A stretch of DNA of 64,000 nt from an uncultured virus (IMG/VR IMGVR_UViG_3300033752_000251). Lineage: Duplodnaviria > Heunggongvirae > Uroviricota > Caudoviricetes. Made by a program: the position numbers and the translations under genes. The notes beneath the pieces are model-generated. The model ran no database searches and had not been told where the DNA came from. It saw only the letters and a list, made by a program, of their open reading frames with translations. Numbering within the stretch: position 1 is the stretch's first letter; each line of letters opens with the position of its first letter. The stretch lies in IMG/VR virus record IMGVR_UViG_3300033752_000251. The stretch is one strand, 5' to 3'. Positions 40,427 through 50,319 of this stretch are shown here, piece by piece.

Positions 40427-40795
40427 ATGAATTTATGTATTATCGCTTTGAAGTTAAAATATAAAAATAAAATGTATGGGTTATTTGTGGTAATCGATAA
40501 GTATCTTGAAAATGAATATAAAAAGAATAGTGTTAAAAAGGAGATATCAATTCTTGATGATTTATTACACTCATTAGACACCACATTACCTCTTCCTTTA
40601 AAAGATATTTTCAAAGAAGATACAAAGAGTTGGTTTACGCTATATGGCTACCAAAAGAACATGCAGCATATAGAGAGAATTATTAAATTTATAAATAACA
40701 ATATTCCTGAATTAAAAATAGTAGAAAAGCAAAGTAAGAAAGTTTCAGATATAAAATATAGAGACGCGTATCAAGTTATTTGTACTATAAGATAG
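40427..40795 (+). CDS. Hypothetical protein
   Basis: 122-aa ORF after the early motif at 40368. Confidence 0.65.
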   Translation: MNLCIIALKLKYKNKMYGLFVVIDKYLENEYKKNSVKKEISILDDLLHSLDTTLPLPLKDIFKEDTKSWFTLYGYQKNMQHIERIIKFINNNIPELKIVEKQSKKVSDIKYRDAYQVICTIR

Positions 40796-40806
40796 GAGGG
40801 CTGGTT

Positions 40807-42753
40807 ATGGGTAACAAACTCGTAGATAGGTACACTTTTCTTAAAGAATGGAGAAAACATCAAAGAAATATTTTGATGCAGATGTATCCCGACTTAGATA
40901 AAAAAGAATTGAATAAATTTCTCGACAGTATTATCGATGAAACTTTGGTTAACCCTAAAGTTGAAATCCATAATAACTACATCCACAAGTCGGTTAGTGA
41001 TGATTTGCTGAGTGTGGTCAATTGGATCGAGCGCACCAACCCCGTTATGGGTGGTTTTGGTGTGTTCTTTAAGGATCAAGGGCAAGCGTTGAATCCGGCG
41101 GCTGTGATGTTGGAGAAATTCATGGCTCTCCGGAAAGAGTATAAATCTCAATTGGCCAATCATAAAGAAGGTAGTTACGAATATCAAACTTTCGACAGAC
41201 TTCAAATGACAGAAAAAGTTAATTCGAATAGTTATTATGGTGCATCTGGTGCAGAGACATCAAACTTTTTCAATCTTTATACTGCAACCAGTGTAACCGC
41301 TGCGGGTCAATCTCTTATAAGTACTACACAACAAGCGTTTGAAGCATTCATGTCCAACAACACACCGTTTATCGATTTGGATGACTGTATGAATTTCTTG
41401 GAAAATATTCGGAAAGAAGATTATGAGCTGGATGCTTCTTTCCTACCCTTTATCTCAGTAGATAAAATTCTTAATCGACTGAGAGGAATGTTTTATGAAT
41501 ATAGAGAAGAATATGAACCTCTTCTCATTAACTATCTGAATAATCAATCCGACGAATATATCAAGCGAGCATATTTCAAAAACAATCTTTACGAGTTTTC
41601 TTATTTGCCGAAAATTCGTACTAAACTCGTTAAGATTGTAGAAAACGTTGAGGAATTCAAGAATCCGAATAAAATTCCCGAATCTATTAAGTTTAATCTT
41701 GAAGATCTCTGGGATTTCTATAAAGAGTTTGTATTCTACAATTATCCTTCTTTTGACAGAATTCAACGTTTGAAAAACGTTAGACGTAAGACTGTCATAA
41801 TTGTTGATACAGACTCGAACTTTTTGAATCTCAATCCTTGGGTCGAGTTCATGTTTAATTTCGTAATTAAACCTCACAATCATCTCGCGTCGAGAGATTA
41901 TCAACAACTTAGATTTATTGCTATCAACACGATGTGTTATATCTTGACAAATATGATTACCGAAGTTCTTGAGAAATATACGAAGACGGCAAATATTCCC
42001 AAAGAATATCGTCCTAAGATTAATATGAAAAACGAATATCTTCTTAGCCGGATTGTTTTGTCGACTAAGAAGAAAAGATATTTTGCAAGCGTCAGACTTC
42101 GTGAAGGTAAAGAAATATTCCCTGAGAAAACCGAGATCAAAGGTATGGACTTCATTAAGTCTACAACCAGGGAAGAAACCAAAGAATATTTCACTAAAAT
42201 TATTGAAGAAAGAATCTTGAAAGCCAATAAGATTAACGTTGGTGAAATTCTGAGAGATCTTGAGAAATTTGAAGAGATTATCATTAACTCTCTGAAAAAT
42301 GGCGAAAAAAGTTTCCTTATCCCGACATCGGTTAAGGAACTTGAATCATATGCCGATCCTTTGAGAATGCAAGGGGTCAGAGCTGTAATTGCTTGGAACT
42401 ATTTGTATCCGGTCAATATTATTGAATTACCTGAAAAACCTGACCTCATTAAAGTTAAACTTGCAACTCCGACAGAAATTGAAAAGGTTAAGGCCGTTAG
42501 TCCGGAACACTACGGGATCATCGTTGAGAAAATATTAAATAATAAAGAAAAGAAAATTGCAGAAAAAGGTGTGCAAGTGATTGCATTGCCTCGAAACGTT
42601 AAAAAGATTCCAGACTGGATTATTCCATTCATTGACTATCGGACAATTGTGACAGACAATCTCAAGAGATTCTATTCAGTATTGGAGTCTCTCGGTATTC
42701 AAACTATAAGAAGTAGCAAGAGAGAATATATCAGCAACATTCTGAAAGTTTAG
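40807..42753 (+). CDS. Split family-B DNA polymerase, C-terminal subunit
   Basis: Motif B KVNSNSYYG, motif C IVDTDS, KKKRY, IKGMD; lacks exonuclease and motif A. Confidence 0.9.
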   Translation: MGNKLVDRYTFLKEWRKHQRNILMQMYPDLDKKELNKFLDSIIDETLVNPKVEIHNNYIHKSVSDDLLSVVNWIERTNPVMGGFGVFFKDQGQALNPAAVMLEKFMALRKEYKSQLANHKEGSYEYQTFDRLQMTEKVNSNSYYGASGAETSNFFNLYTATSVTAAGQSLISTTQQAFEAFMSNNTPFIDLDDCMNFLENIRKEDYELDASFLPFISVDKILNRLRGMFYEYREEYEPLLINYLNNQSDEYIKRAYFKNNLYEFSYLPKIRTKLVKIVENVEEFKNPNKIPESIKFNLEDLWDFYKEFVFYNYPSFDRIQRLKNVRRKTVIIVDTDSNFLNLNPWVEFMFNFVIKPHNHLASRDYQQLRFIAINTMCYILTNMITEVLEKYTKTANIPKEYRPKINMKNEYLLSRIVLSTKKKRYFASVRLREGKEIFPEKTEIKGMDFIKSTTREETKEYFTKIIEERILKANKINVGEILRDLEKFEEIIINSLKNGEKSFLIPTSVKELESYADPLRMQGVRAVIAWNYLYPVNIIELPEKPDLIKVKLATPTEIEKVKAVSPEHYGIIVEKILNNKEKKIAEKGVQVIALPRNVKKIPDWIIPFIDYRTIVTDNLKRFYSVLESLGIQTIRSSKREYISNILKV

Positions 42754-42883
42754 TAATAAAAAAAATAATTGATGATTGGTTTGGTATGTTTACATCGATA
42801 AAATTAATTTTTCAATATACATTGTCTTAAATTCCTTTATTTTTCCTATTCAAGAGGAGGAATCCAAGAAAGAGGTTAAATAT

Positions 42884-43186
42884 ATGATAAAAAGAATCTT
42901 CAGTTTTTTTAAGAAAAAACCCGATATCTGGGAAGTATATATTAAATTTGACAAATATACCGAAGCCACATATATATTCGAAAGTGAATGGGATGCTCTT
43001 AATTTTTATCACAGATACGATTACATCCTAAATCATACGTTTTTAATTCAAGAACGAGCATTCATGAAAAATGGGGAACCTGTCAATATCTTCCCGTGGC
43101 CGTACAAATTTTGGATAAAGCGTATAATGCAGAGGGATTACAATGAATCGATAGAGAGATTTAAAATTAAGGATGTCAGAAAATAG
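42884..43186 (+). CDS. Hypothetical protein
   Basis: AGAGGT RBS before ATG 42884. Confidence 0.65.
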   Translation: MIKRIFSFFKKKPDIWEVYIKFDKYTEATYIFESEWDALNFYHRYDYILNHTFLIQERAFMKNGEPVNIFPWPYKFWIKRIMQRDYNESIERFKIKDVRK

Positions 43187-43225
43187 CATTTTTTATTCTC
43201 TATAATAACCGTGAGGAGGATAAAA

Positions 43226-43666
43226 ATGTCTATCGATAAACAAGAACTCATGCGGGAAGAAATTGAAAAAAGATTGGCTGATGAAAATTTGTCCAAAGAA
43301 GAACTTGAGACTGACATGGGAGAATATCTTAAAACTCAAGTAAAAATTCATAATGATACCGTAGAAAATATTTCCGAACTGGAAGATAATGAAGCCATGA
43401 GGGAAATCAATAAAAGAGTATTAAAAGAGAGCAAAATTATTTCTAGGAATGATATTCAGATGCCTGAATTCATGGCTAGAAATATTAGAAAAAATCAAGC
43501 TGCATCAATGTATGGTATAGCGCACGATAATTCATTTGTGGCTGACTCGATTCCAGGCGGAGATATTGTAAATGATGCCGGGAATGTTATTCCATTTATG
43601 AATCGCAAGCAACGTAGGGAACTCGAAAAACGACTTAGAAAGATGAATAAAAAGCCCAAGAGGTAA
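43226..43666 (+). CDS. Hypothetical protein
   Basis: AGGAGG RBS; C-terminal MNRKQRR motif; followed by a terminator. Confidence 0.75.
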   Translation: MSIDKQELMREEIEKRLADENLSKEELETDMGEYLKTQVKIHNDTVENISELEDNEAMREINKRVLKESKIISRNDIQMPEFMARNIRKNQAASMYGIAHDNSFVADSIPGGDIVNDAGNVIPFMNRKQRRELEKRLRKMNKKPKR

Positions 43667-43732
43667 ACACTCTTGGGCTTTTTAAAATTCCTTTATTTTA
43701 ATAATTTTTCTAAAATAAAGAGGTGACATTAC

Positions 43733-43939
43733 ATGAAACCTGATAGATTAAAACGTATTATTCAACTGTGTAGACAATATCAAGAAGAACGTATTGCCGC
43801 ATTGGAAAAAGGAATTGACATGGATAAACACTTCGACAGTATTAAAAAATATATCGCACTTGAAGTAATTGATGCATATAAAAGTGGGGAATTGAAAGAA
43901 GATTGTCCTTCAATGGATAACAAGCACCCTTGTTTGTGA
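43733..43939 (+). CDS. Hypothetical protein
   Basis: GAGGTG RBS, 68 aa. Confidence 0.65.
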   Translation: MKPDRLKRIIQLCRQYQEERIAALEKGIDMDKHFDSIKKYIALEVIDAYKSGELKEDCPSMDNKHPCL

Positions 43940-44093
43940 GAGATGGGTTGAGAACGTTTTAGATGACGATTGGACAAAGCTCTATCCATATCTACCAAAT
44001 AGGAAGAATAAGGGAAAATTGTCGCCATAAATAATAATAATATACTATATTTAAAACTTTATAATAATTAAAAAAATATAGGAGGCTAACCAG

Positions 44094-44900
44094 ATGAATC
44101 TTCAATCGAATTCAAACAACCGTGAACAAGTCAACATAAACACTACCGCAATTCAATTCAAAAATAGCCAGGGGTCTTCCCCGTCGACAATGGTTATTGG
44201 TTACTGGAATTCACTTCTTTCCATTAAACTTCATCCTCCGTTGGATGAATCGAAACGGTCGGAAAATGAATTTTTCGATTATTCGAAAGTCATCTCGACT
44301 GCTATTACTCTTGAAAAGTTGCTTGTAATCATCAAACAAATCGAGGAACACATTCTTCCGGCTATTGAAAACAAGAAGAAGATCTTTAAAGGTGTTCCCG
44401 TTGGTGGTGACACCCTGGTTGGTGTCGGTGTACAAATTGAGGATGATACTCCAGTTGTATATTTCGCTATTTTCAAAGGTCTGGATGAGAAGACCATGCT
44501 TCCTAAGGAGTTTATCAAATATAATTTCCGTACTTCATATACGGTGGATAACTATGATGCAGAAAAAGGTGAATTTGAAATCACTCAAAATATTCAGAGT
44601 GAGTTCATTACCTTCTATGAAGTACTCAAGGCTGCTAAAATTGGTTTGTCCAATTCCACCGTTCATGCGGATCGCTTCGTAAACAAATTCTTCCGTGATA
44701 AACTCATGGGAAGAATTGAAGATATCGCCACCAAAGTTGGCGTACCTAGCCAACAACGTTATGGTTATGGTCGCAATAGTGGTGGAGGTGGAGTATTTAC
44801 TAGCCATGTGAATCAATCGCCCTCCCGTGGAGAAAGTAGCTATGAAGCTCCTACTGCTACATTAGCTAACCTCGACGACATTGATAACTATATGTCTTAA
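44094..44900 (+). CDS. Hypothetical protein, possible ssDNA-binding protein
   Basis: Beta-rich core, G/S-rich linker and acidic C-terminal tip (LDDIDNYMS) as in SSBs; function is inference. Confidence 0.45.
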   Translation: MNLQSNSNNREQVNINTTAIQFKNSQGSSPSTMVIGYWNSLLSIKLHPPLDESKRSENEFFDYSKVISTAITLEKLLVIIKQIEEHILPAIENKKKIFKGVPVGGDTLVGVGVQIEDDTPVVYFAIFKGLDEKTMLPKEFIKYNFRTSYTVDNYDAEKGEFEITQNIQSEFITFYEVLKAAKIGLSNSTVHADRFVNKFFRDKLMGRIEDIATKVGVPSQQRYGYGRNSGGGGVFTSHVNQSPSRGESSYEAPTATLANLDDIDNYMS

Positions 44901-45018
44901 CAAAAAGGGACTATGATAGCTATTCCTATCATAGTCTCTTTTTTTTGTTAAAATATAAATCGTTAATAAACGTACAAACCTATAATTATACTTAAACGGG
45001 GCGAGGTTGGTGTATCCC

Positions 45019-45687
45019 ATGTATAAAGTCTTCATTGGCGGTCCTGTTCGTAATAGAGGGTGGGTCTTCCAAGAGCATTTAGACTCACTCTTCAAACAAC
45101 AAGGAATCATTCCAAAATATTGCTATGTATTGAATAACAGCACTGACGATACGGAAATGATTCTTAAAAAGAACGGGATTAATTATGTAGTTCATGATAT
45201 CGAACATCCCAGAAAACAATGGACAAGAGGTCATTATTCTTTCGAAGATCTTGCGACAGTTCGCAATGTATTTCTTGAGGAATTCCTCAAATCTGATTGT
45301 GAATACGCATTCTCTATAGATAGTGATATCATACTCGATAGTCCAACTACTATTATTGATCTCATTATGTCTGGAAAAGCTATTATTTCTGCATTAATTA
45401 AAAATTCTGATGTTATTTATGCGCACAATATCTTAATTAAAGGTAGACAGCCAAAAAATCTCAGATCTGGAATATTAGAAGTGGATACAACCGGTGCAGT
45501 TTACATAATTCGTCGAGATGTTATTGAAGCCGGTGTGCGTTATGGACTTAATGAAACATATGGGGAAGACTATGTATTCTGTGAAGAGGCGCAAAAAGCC
45601 GGCTATAAACTATATTGTGACACTAGTATTCAGGCAACCCATGTATTTGCTCCGGGTAAATATCTTTTACCTGAGGTTCAAAAATAA
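45019..45687 (+). CDS. Glycosyltransferase, GT2 / GT-A fold
   Basis: NNSTDDT, FSIDSD (DxD), GEDYVFC. Confidence 0.85.
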   Translation: MYKVFIGGPVRNRGWVFQEHLDSLFKQQGIIPKYCYVLNNSTDDTEMILKKNGINYVVHDIEHPRKQWTRGHYSFEDLATVRNVFLEEFLKSDCEYAFSIDSDIILDSPTTIIDLIMSGKAIISALIKNSDVIYAHNILIKGRQPKNLRSGILEVDTTGAVYIIRRDVIEAGVRYGLNETYGEDYVFCEEAQKAGYKLYCDTSIQATHVFAPGKYLLPEVQK

Positions 45688-45707
45688 CTGAGGGAGTGAA
45701 TCACCCA

Positions 45708-46730
45708 ATGGGGAAAGAGACCATCACGATAATCTATCCGCCGTCCATGGATTATAACTTTATGCATCAAAGACCTCAGCAACTTATGAAAGCATTTGCC
45801 CAAGCAGGGGCCAATGTTATTTATATCAATCCCGCAAATATCTTTCCAAACGTACCGGACATTGTTAGACCATTTAAGGATCTTCCAAACTTCACAATTG
45901 TCAAGCAGGGTGTAGATTATAAGCATCTCATTAAGGGTAAAGTTGTTATTTACGCTGCTGTAAATCAAGGAAAATTTATCGACGAAACACCGCACGATCT
46001 GTCTGTGTTTGATTCGTGCGATCTCGCTACCGATGAATTTTCTGCTTGGAAAAATGTAGTTCCTATTATGGAGCAAAAAACAGATCTTACCTGTGCAAGC
46101 GCTAAGGTGATCTATGATGAACATATTAGACGTGGTGTAAATACAATTCTGGTTCCCAATGGCGCAGACTATGACCATTTCTCACCTGCTGTAAAGAGAC
46201 TGGAACGTCCTAGAGATATGCCGACGGTAGGAAATAGATTCCTTATCGGCTATTATGGAGCAATTTATACCTGGTTGGATGTAGAGTTGGTAAAAACCAT
46301 TGCCGACTATTTCCCTGTGGTAATGATCGGCAGGAATAACCTCTACAATATCCCCATCGAGCATAAAAATATTACTTCCTTACCGATGAAGAAATACAAT
46401 GAGCTTCCGAGGTATCTTTCTTGGTTCGATGTCGCAATTATTCCGTTTAAACTTACCAAAATGATTTCGGGTTGCGACCCGGTTAAATGTTATGAATATC
46501 TCAGTGCAGGTAAACCTGTTGTTGCATCTAAGATGCAAGAGCTTGAAAAGTTCCGCGACGTGGTTTACTTCGGAGATGTAAATAATATCATTAATGTAAT
46601 TTCTCAAGCAATTAGAGAAAATTCGCCGGATAAGGTAGTAACACGTCAAGCTATTGCCAAGAAAAATTCCTGGCTTTCCAGAGCACAATATGCGCTGGAT
46701 CACTTCAAACGGATGCTTAATGTCGAGTAA
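45708..46730 (+). CDS. Glycosyltransferase, GT-B fold (TuaH/GT4-like)
   Basis: QRPQQL, LVPNGADY, IGYYGAI, DPVKCYEYLSAGKPVV. Confidence 0.88.
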   Translation: MGKETITIIYPPSMDYNFMHQRPQQLMKAFAQAGANVIYINPANIFPNVPDIVRPFKDLPNFTIVKQGVDYKHLIKGKVVIYAAVNQGKFIDETPHDLSVFDSCDLATDEFSAWKNVVPIMEQKTDLTCASAKVIYDEHIRRGVNTILVPNGADYDHFSPAVKRLERPRDMPTVGNRFLIGYYGAIYTWLDVELVKTIADYFPVVMIGRNNLYNIPIEHKNITSLPMKKYNELPRYLSWFDVAIIPFKLTKMISGCDPVKCYEYLSAGKPVVASKMQELEKFRDVVYFGDVNNIINVISQAIRENSPDKVVTRQAIAKKNSWLSRAQYALDHFKRMLNVE

Positions 46731-46745
46731 AATAGGTGATGTCGG

Positions 46746-47462
46746 ATGTGGGACCCTACAGCCGAAAGATATAAAACCGAAACATTTTTTATGATTTACG
46801 AGGAAGTCATTAAAAGTCCATATCCTATATTACTCTATACCATACTCGAAAAATATAAAGATGTTTATTCTGATTACCTTAATCTAGAAGAAATTTCAGA
46901 CTATAATTTTAAAAACTTGACCCGATTGTGTGTACAAAGATCGGAAGTCAATGTGTTTGAATATTTAGCAAAAAAAGAATTTGACTATGAAGGGACCTTA
47001 ATAGAACTCAAATCGCGCATTCCAAATTTATATAGTGCTTCAGAACTGCTTAAATTTGGTCAATCACTACCGTTATTAATATCACAACGTTTTACAAAGA
47101 AGATCTACATCTATTCGCCCAAATATGATCCAAGAATACATCTAGATATTCAAACAACTGCAGGGACTATGGAAAAAATCTCATATGTTGTTGGAGATTT
47201 AGCGGAAGTTGTATCCAAGGTGGATCAACCTATAACTGCCTTTGTCTTAAATGACATTACACAGCTTATGAAAATAGCTCCTACAGATAAATTAAAAAAT
47301 ACAACGGTTCTCTTAGCTTCTTATGGCTACAATTTTAAGCTTGATGAAAATGGGGAGCTCAGTCTTAAAATAGACAGCAAAGAAATGGCCAAAAAATACG
47401 GATTCGACTTTGCTCAATTCGTGCCTCTAGACTTGACAGAAGAACATTTTGCATTCGGTTAA
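46746..47462 (+). CDS. Hypothetical protein
   Basis: 238-aa ORF. Confidence 0.75.
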   Translation: MWDPTAERYKTETFFMIYEEVIKSPYPILLYTILEKYKDVYSDYLNLEEISDYNFKNLTRLCVQRSEVNVFEYLAKKEFDYEGTLIELKSRIPNLYSASELLKFGQSLPLLISQRFTKKIYIYSPKYDPRIHLDIQTTAGTMEKISYVVGDLAEVVSKVDQPITAFVLNDITQLMKIAPTDKLKNTTVLLASYGYNFKLDENGELSLKIDSKEMAKKYGFDFAQFVPLDLTEEHFAFG

Positions 47463-47610
47463 AAATGGGAGTAGTAGATAATATTCTACTACTCCCCTAA
47501 CATTTTATTAGAGATTCATAGTTACAGGGCTAATATTTTTACCGGATGCTGGTAAATATAGCCAGTAATTATGAAGAAAGACCATAAAAATACAGGAGGA
47601 GAAAGATCAG

Positions 47611-49368
47611 ATGAGCGAAACTATTGCAACTCCCGAAAATGTTAAGGTATTGAGTAAATGGAATGTAATCGATCGGGATACGTTCAGAAACAGAGTGCGT
47701 GCTGTTTTTGAATCTGTGGCAGGAATGCTCAAAAATACTCTGGGTCCCGCCGGTTCTAATACAATTATTGAGAGGTTTGGGGATGTTCACATTACGAAAG
47801 ACGGTTGGAACATCCTCAAAAAAATTCAGTTTTCTGAAAGCATTGACAACACGATTATGCAACTTCTTGTGAATATTGCGGCACAAGTAGTTATCAAAGT
47901 CGGCGATGGTAGTACTTCTTCTATCGTTGCTGCTAACCAACTTCTCAAAACTATCGAATCCGACCCTGTATTGAGCAAAATTCGTCCCAAAGATCTCATT
48001 GACTCTCTCACTAAGGTTGCAGAAAGAATTTCTGTGGAAATCCTTAAACGGTCCAAGAAGATCGACATTGAAACTACGGAAGGTCTCAATGAGATTTATA
48101 AATTGGCATTCGTTTCCACTAACGGGGACGATAAAATCGCCCGTATGATTCGAGAAATCTATGAGAAAACAAAGAATCCATCCATCGAATATGTTAAATC
48201 GAGAACAAATCGTACATTCTTTGAAATCATTGACGGTTATCAAGCTCCGATTTCCTATTTGGATACCATCTATATCAATAACTCTGACGATGGAACATGT
48301 GAAATTAATAACCCGTTGATTCTCATGTTTGATCATAGGGTCGATAGGGAAAATCATTTCGAGCATGTTATCCAACATGTGATTCAAGTTGCAATGCAAT
48401 CTGGACGCAGACTTGTCGTTATCGCTCCTAGATACGATGAAACTTTCTTGAACTACCTTCGTTCGACTGTACAACTTGAGGTTAAAGCATCCCGCACCAC
48501 TCAGGTTGTCTATGCTCGTGCAACGTTGGTGAATAATCTTCAACACGAATTCTACAACGATTTTTCAATCATGGCCGGATGCCGTATCTTCCGGGAAAAT
48601 GATATGAGGGAACTTCTTGGACTCAATGAAGAGGATGAGAGTGAAGAAGGGCAAGAAAATAAGAAAGAAAAATTGTTCCCCCTCGACGACTTCGTTGGTG
48701 AAGCCAAGAAGATCACGATCGGCCCGTCTGTAACGACGATTAGCGGGTTCGTAAAGAGAAATGAAGAACTTTATAAGGTTGCGTTGACTGATGCAATCAC
48801 CAAATATAAAAAAGCCGAAGAGACCAATATGGAACTCAATGTGCCCAATCCGGAAGTTTACGATCTCAAGAAACGTGTTTCTAAGCTTGCCGGAAAAATG
48901 GGTGTTATTCATGTTGGTGGTAATTCTTCGCTCGAAAAAGGTGCAAATTTTGACCTTGTTGAAGACGCAGTTCGCGCATGTGAATCTGCGTTCAACTATG
49001 GTTACAACATTGGTGGTAATTTGATTATTCCGATCATTATCAAAGATCTTATAAAAGAGACCATGGAAGTCGAATATGAAGAAACTATCTACACTCTCTT
49101 TAGTAAAGCATTTCGTTCGGTATTTTCTATTGTATTGAAAAATGGTTTTGAAGGAACTTCGTTGAGTGATGAAGAAATTATGCAAATCGTAGATAAGTGT
49201 GTTGAAGATCAAAAAGTCTACAACCTTATAACACACCAATATAGCTCGGATGTTATCAATCCTTGCTTTACCGATATCGAAATCACAAAGGCCGCAACTT
49301 CTATTGTTGCGCTGATCATGGGCAGTAACCAATTCTTGACCATCAAAAGCGACACAGACATCGAATAA
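47611..49368 (+). CDS. groEL: Phage GroEL-like chaperonin
   Basis: TLGPAG, ITKDG, VGDGSTS, VEDAVRA, GG; late promoter at 47499-47510; no GGM tail. Confidence 0.93.
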   Translation: MSETIATPENVKVLSKWNVIDRDTFRNRVRAVFESVAGMLKNTLGPAGSNTIIERFGDVHITKDGWNILKKIQFSESIDNTIMQLLVNIAAQVVIKVGDGSTSSIVAANQLLKTIESDPVLSKIRPKDLIDSLTKVAERISVEILKRSKKIDIETTEGLNEIYKLAFVSTNGDDKIARMIREIYEKTKNPSIEYVKSRTNRTFFEIIDGYQAPISYLDTIYINNSDDGTCEINNPLILMFDHRVDRENHFEHVIQHVIQVAMQSGRRLVVIAPRYDETFLNYLRSTVQLEVKASRTTQVVYARATLVNNLQHEFYNDFSIMAGCRIFRENDMRELLGLNEEDESEEGQENKKEKLFPLDDFVGEAKKITIGPSVTTISGFVKRNEELYKVALTDAITKYKKAEETNMELNVPNPEVYDLKKRVSKLAGKMGVIHVGGNSSLEKGANFDLVEDAVRACESAFNYGYNIGGNLIIPIIIKDLIKETMEVEYEETIYTLFSKAFRSVFSIVLKNGFEGTSLSDEEIMQIVDKCVEDQKVYNLITHQYSSDVINPCFTDIEITKAATSIVALIMGSNQFLTIKSDTDIE

Positions 49369-49432
49369 AAAAATAAATATCAATAGGGGATGGAACCACC
49401 ATCCCCTATTGATATATACAAGGGGGTTTATT

Positions 49433-50254
49433 ATGTTTATCCTCCAAACGCTTAGGGAGTTTGTTGACAATCCGATGGGTAAAGGCAGCAATGCCATTCC
49501 CGGTAGACAGTTAATTCAAAATGATTTACGAAATCGCCTGGAGTTGTTGCTTTCAAAACCTGATAAAAAAATCTCTGTGACGATTTATAGCTATGGTCAA
49601 TCATATTTTTTTCATTTGATTATACCTAGTGAAAATACTAAAAGAAGGAATACATATGACGTAGTCCTTCACTTCATACCATCTGAGGGTGCCACAGAAC
49701 ATAAAAATCTCAATCAATACTATGTAAAATTCTTCTCAAACAGCCCTAGTTTTACGTACACATATGCTTATGCTTTTAACCTCAACGGACTCTTTGTGGA
49801 AGAACTTGCTGGTAAATTTGATGAGAGGGTATTCGAAAATCCTCCGGTTACTCGAAATCCTGGTGAAATCGTCAGTTATGAAAAAACCATCTTTTTTGCT
49901 TGTCAGCATATTTTGAATAATGCTTCTAAGTATATGGTAAAGTCGGCTATTGAACTCATAGCTAAAAAATTTAACAAGGATGAGTTTCTTAAAAAGATTA
50001 GACATACTGAGACTATTGAAAGAGAAATCCAGCGTGAAAATAATAGAATTAAGCGCGAAGAAGAGGAAGAAAAAAGGAAATCCAAGAAAGATACTTCTTC
50101 CAAAAACAGATCCTCTAATAAAACAACGGGCATCACAAAGAGAACTGCCACTTCCACATCTAGACAATCCAAGGATGATGATTTAGTAAAATTTATGGAC
50201 AAAGGAAAAATTAAACCTCGCAAATCATCCATATCGAGAATAAGACCTAAATAA
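49433..50254 (+). CDS. Hypothetical protein with basic C-terminal tail
   Basis: ~273-aa ORF. Confidence 0.8.
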   Translation: MFILQTLREFVDNPMGKGSNAIPGRQLIQNDLRNRLELLLSKPDKKISVTIYSYGQSYFFHLIIPSENTKRRNTYDVVLHFIPSEGATEHKNLNQYYVKFFSNSPSFTYTYAYAFNLNGLFVEELAGKFDERVFENPPVTRNPGEIVSYEKTIFFACQHILNNASKYMVKSAIELIAKKFNKDEFLKKIRHTETIEREIQRENNRIKREEEEEKRKSKKDTSSKNRSSNKTTGITKRTATSTSRQSKDDDLVKFMDKGKIKPRKSSISRIRPK

Positions 50255-50319
50255 ATTATATATTATAATGGTAGGATGTGGAGAAACAAATTTAAAATAG
50301 AGGGTGGCGGTTAGGGATA

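Noticed and set aside
43780..44044. Leftward TATATTAT at 44037-44044 with an 82-aa minus ORF
   Set aside because: No room for an RBS and it overlaps a plausible + gene; more likely a chance AT-rich match overlapping the promoter of 44094
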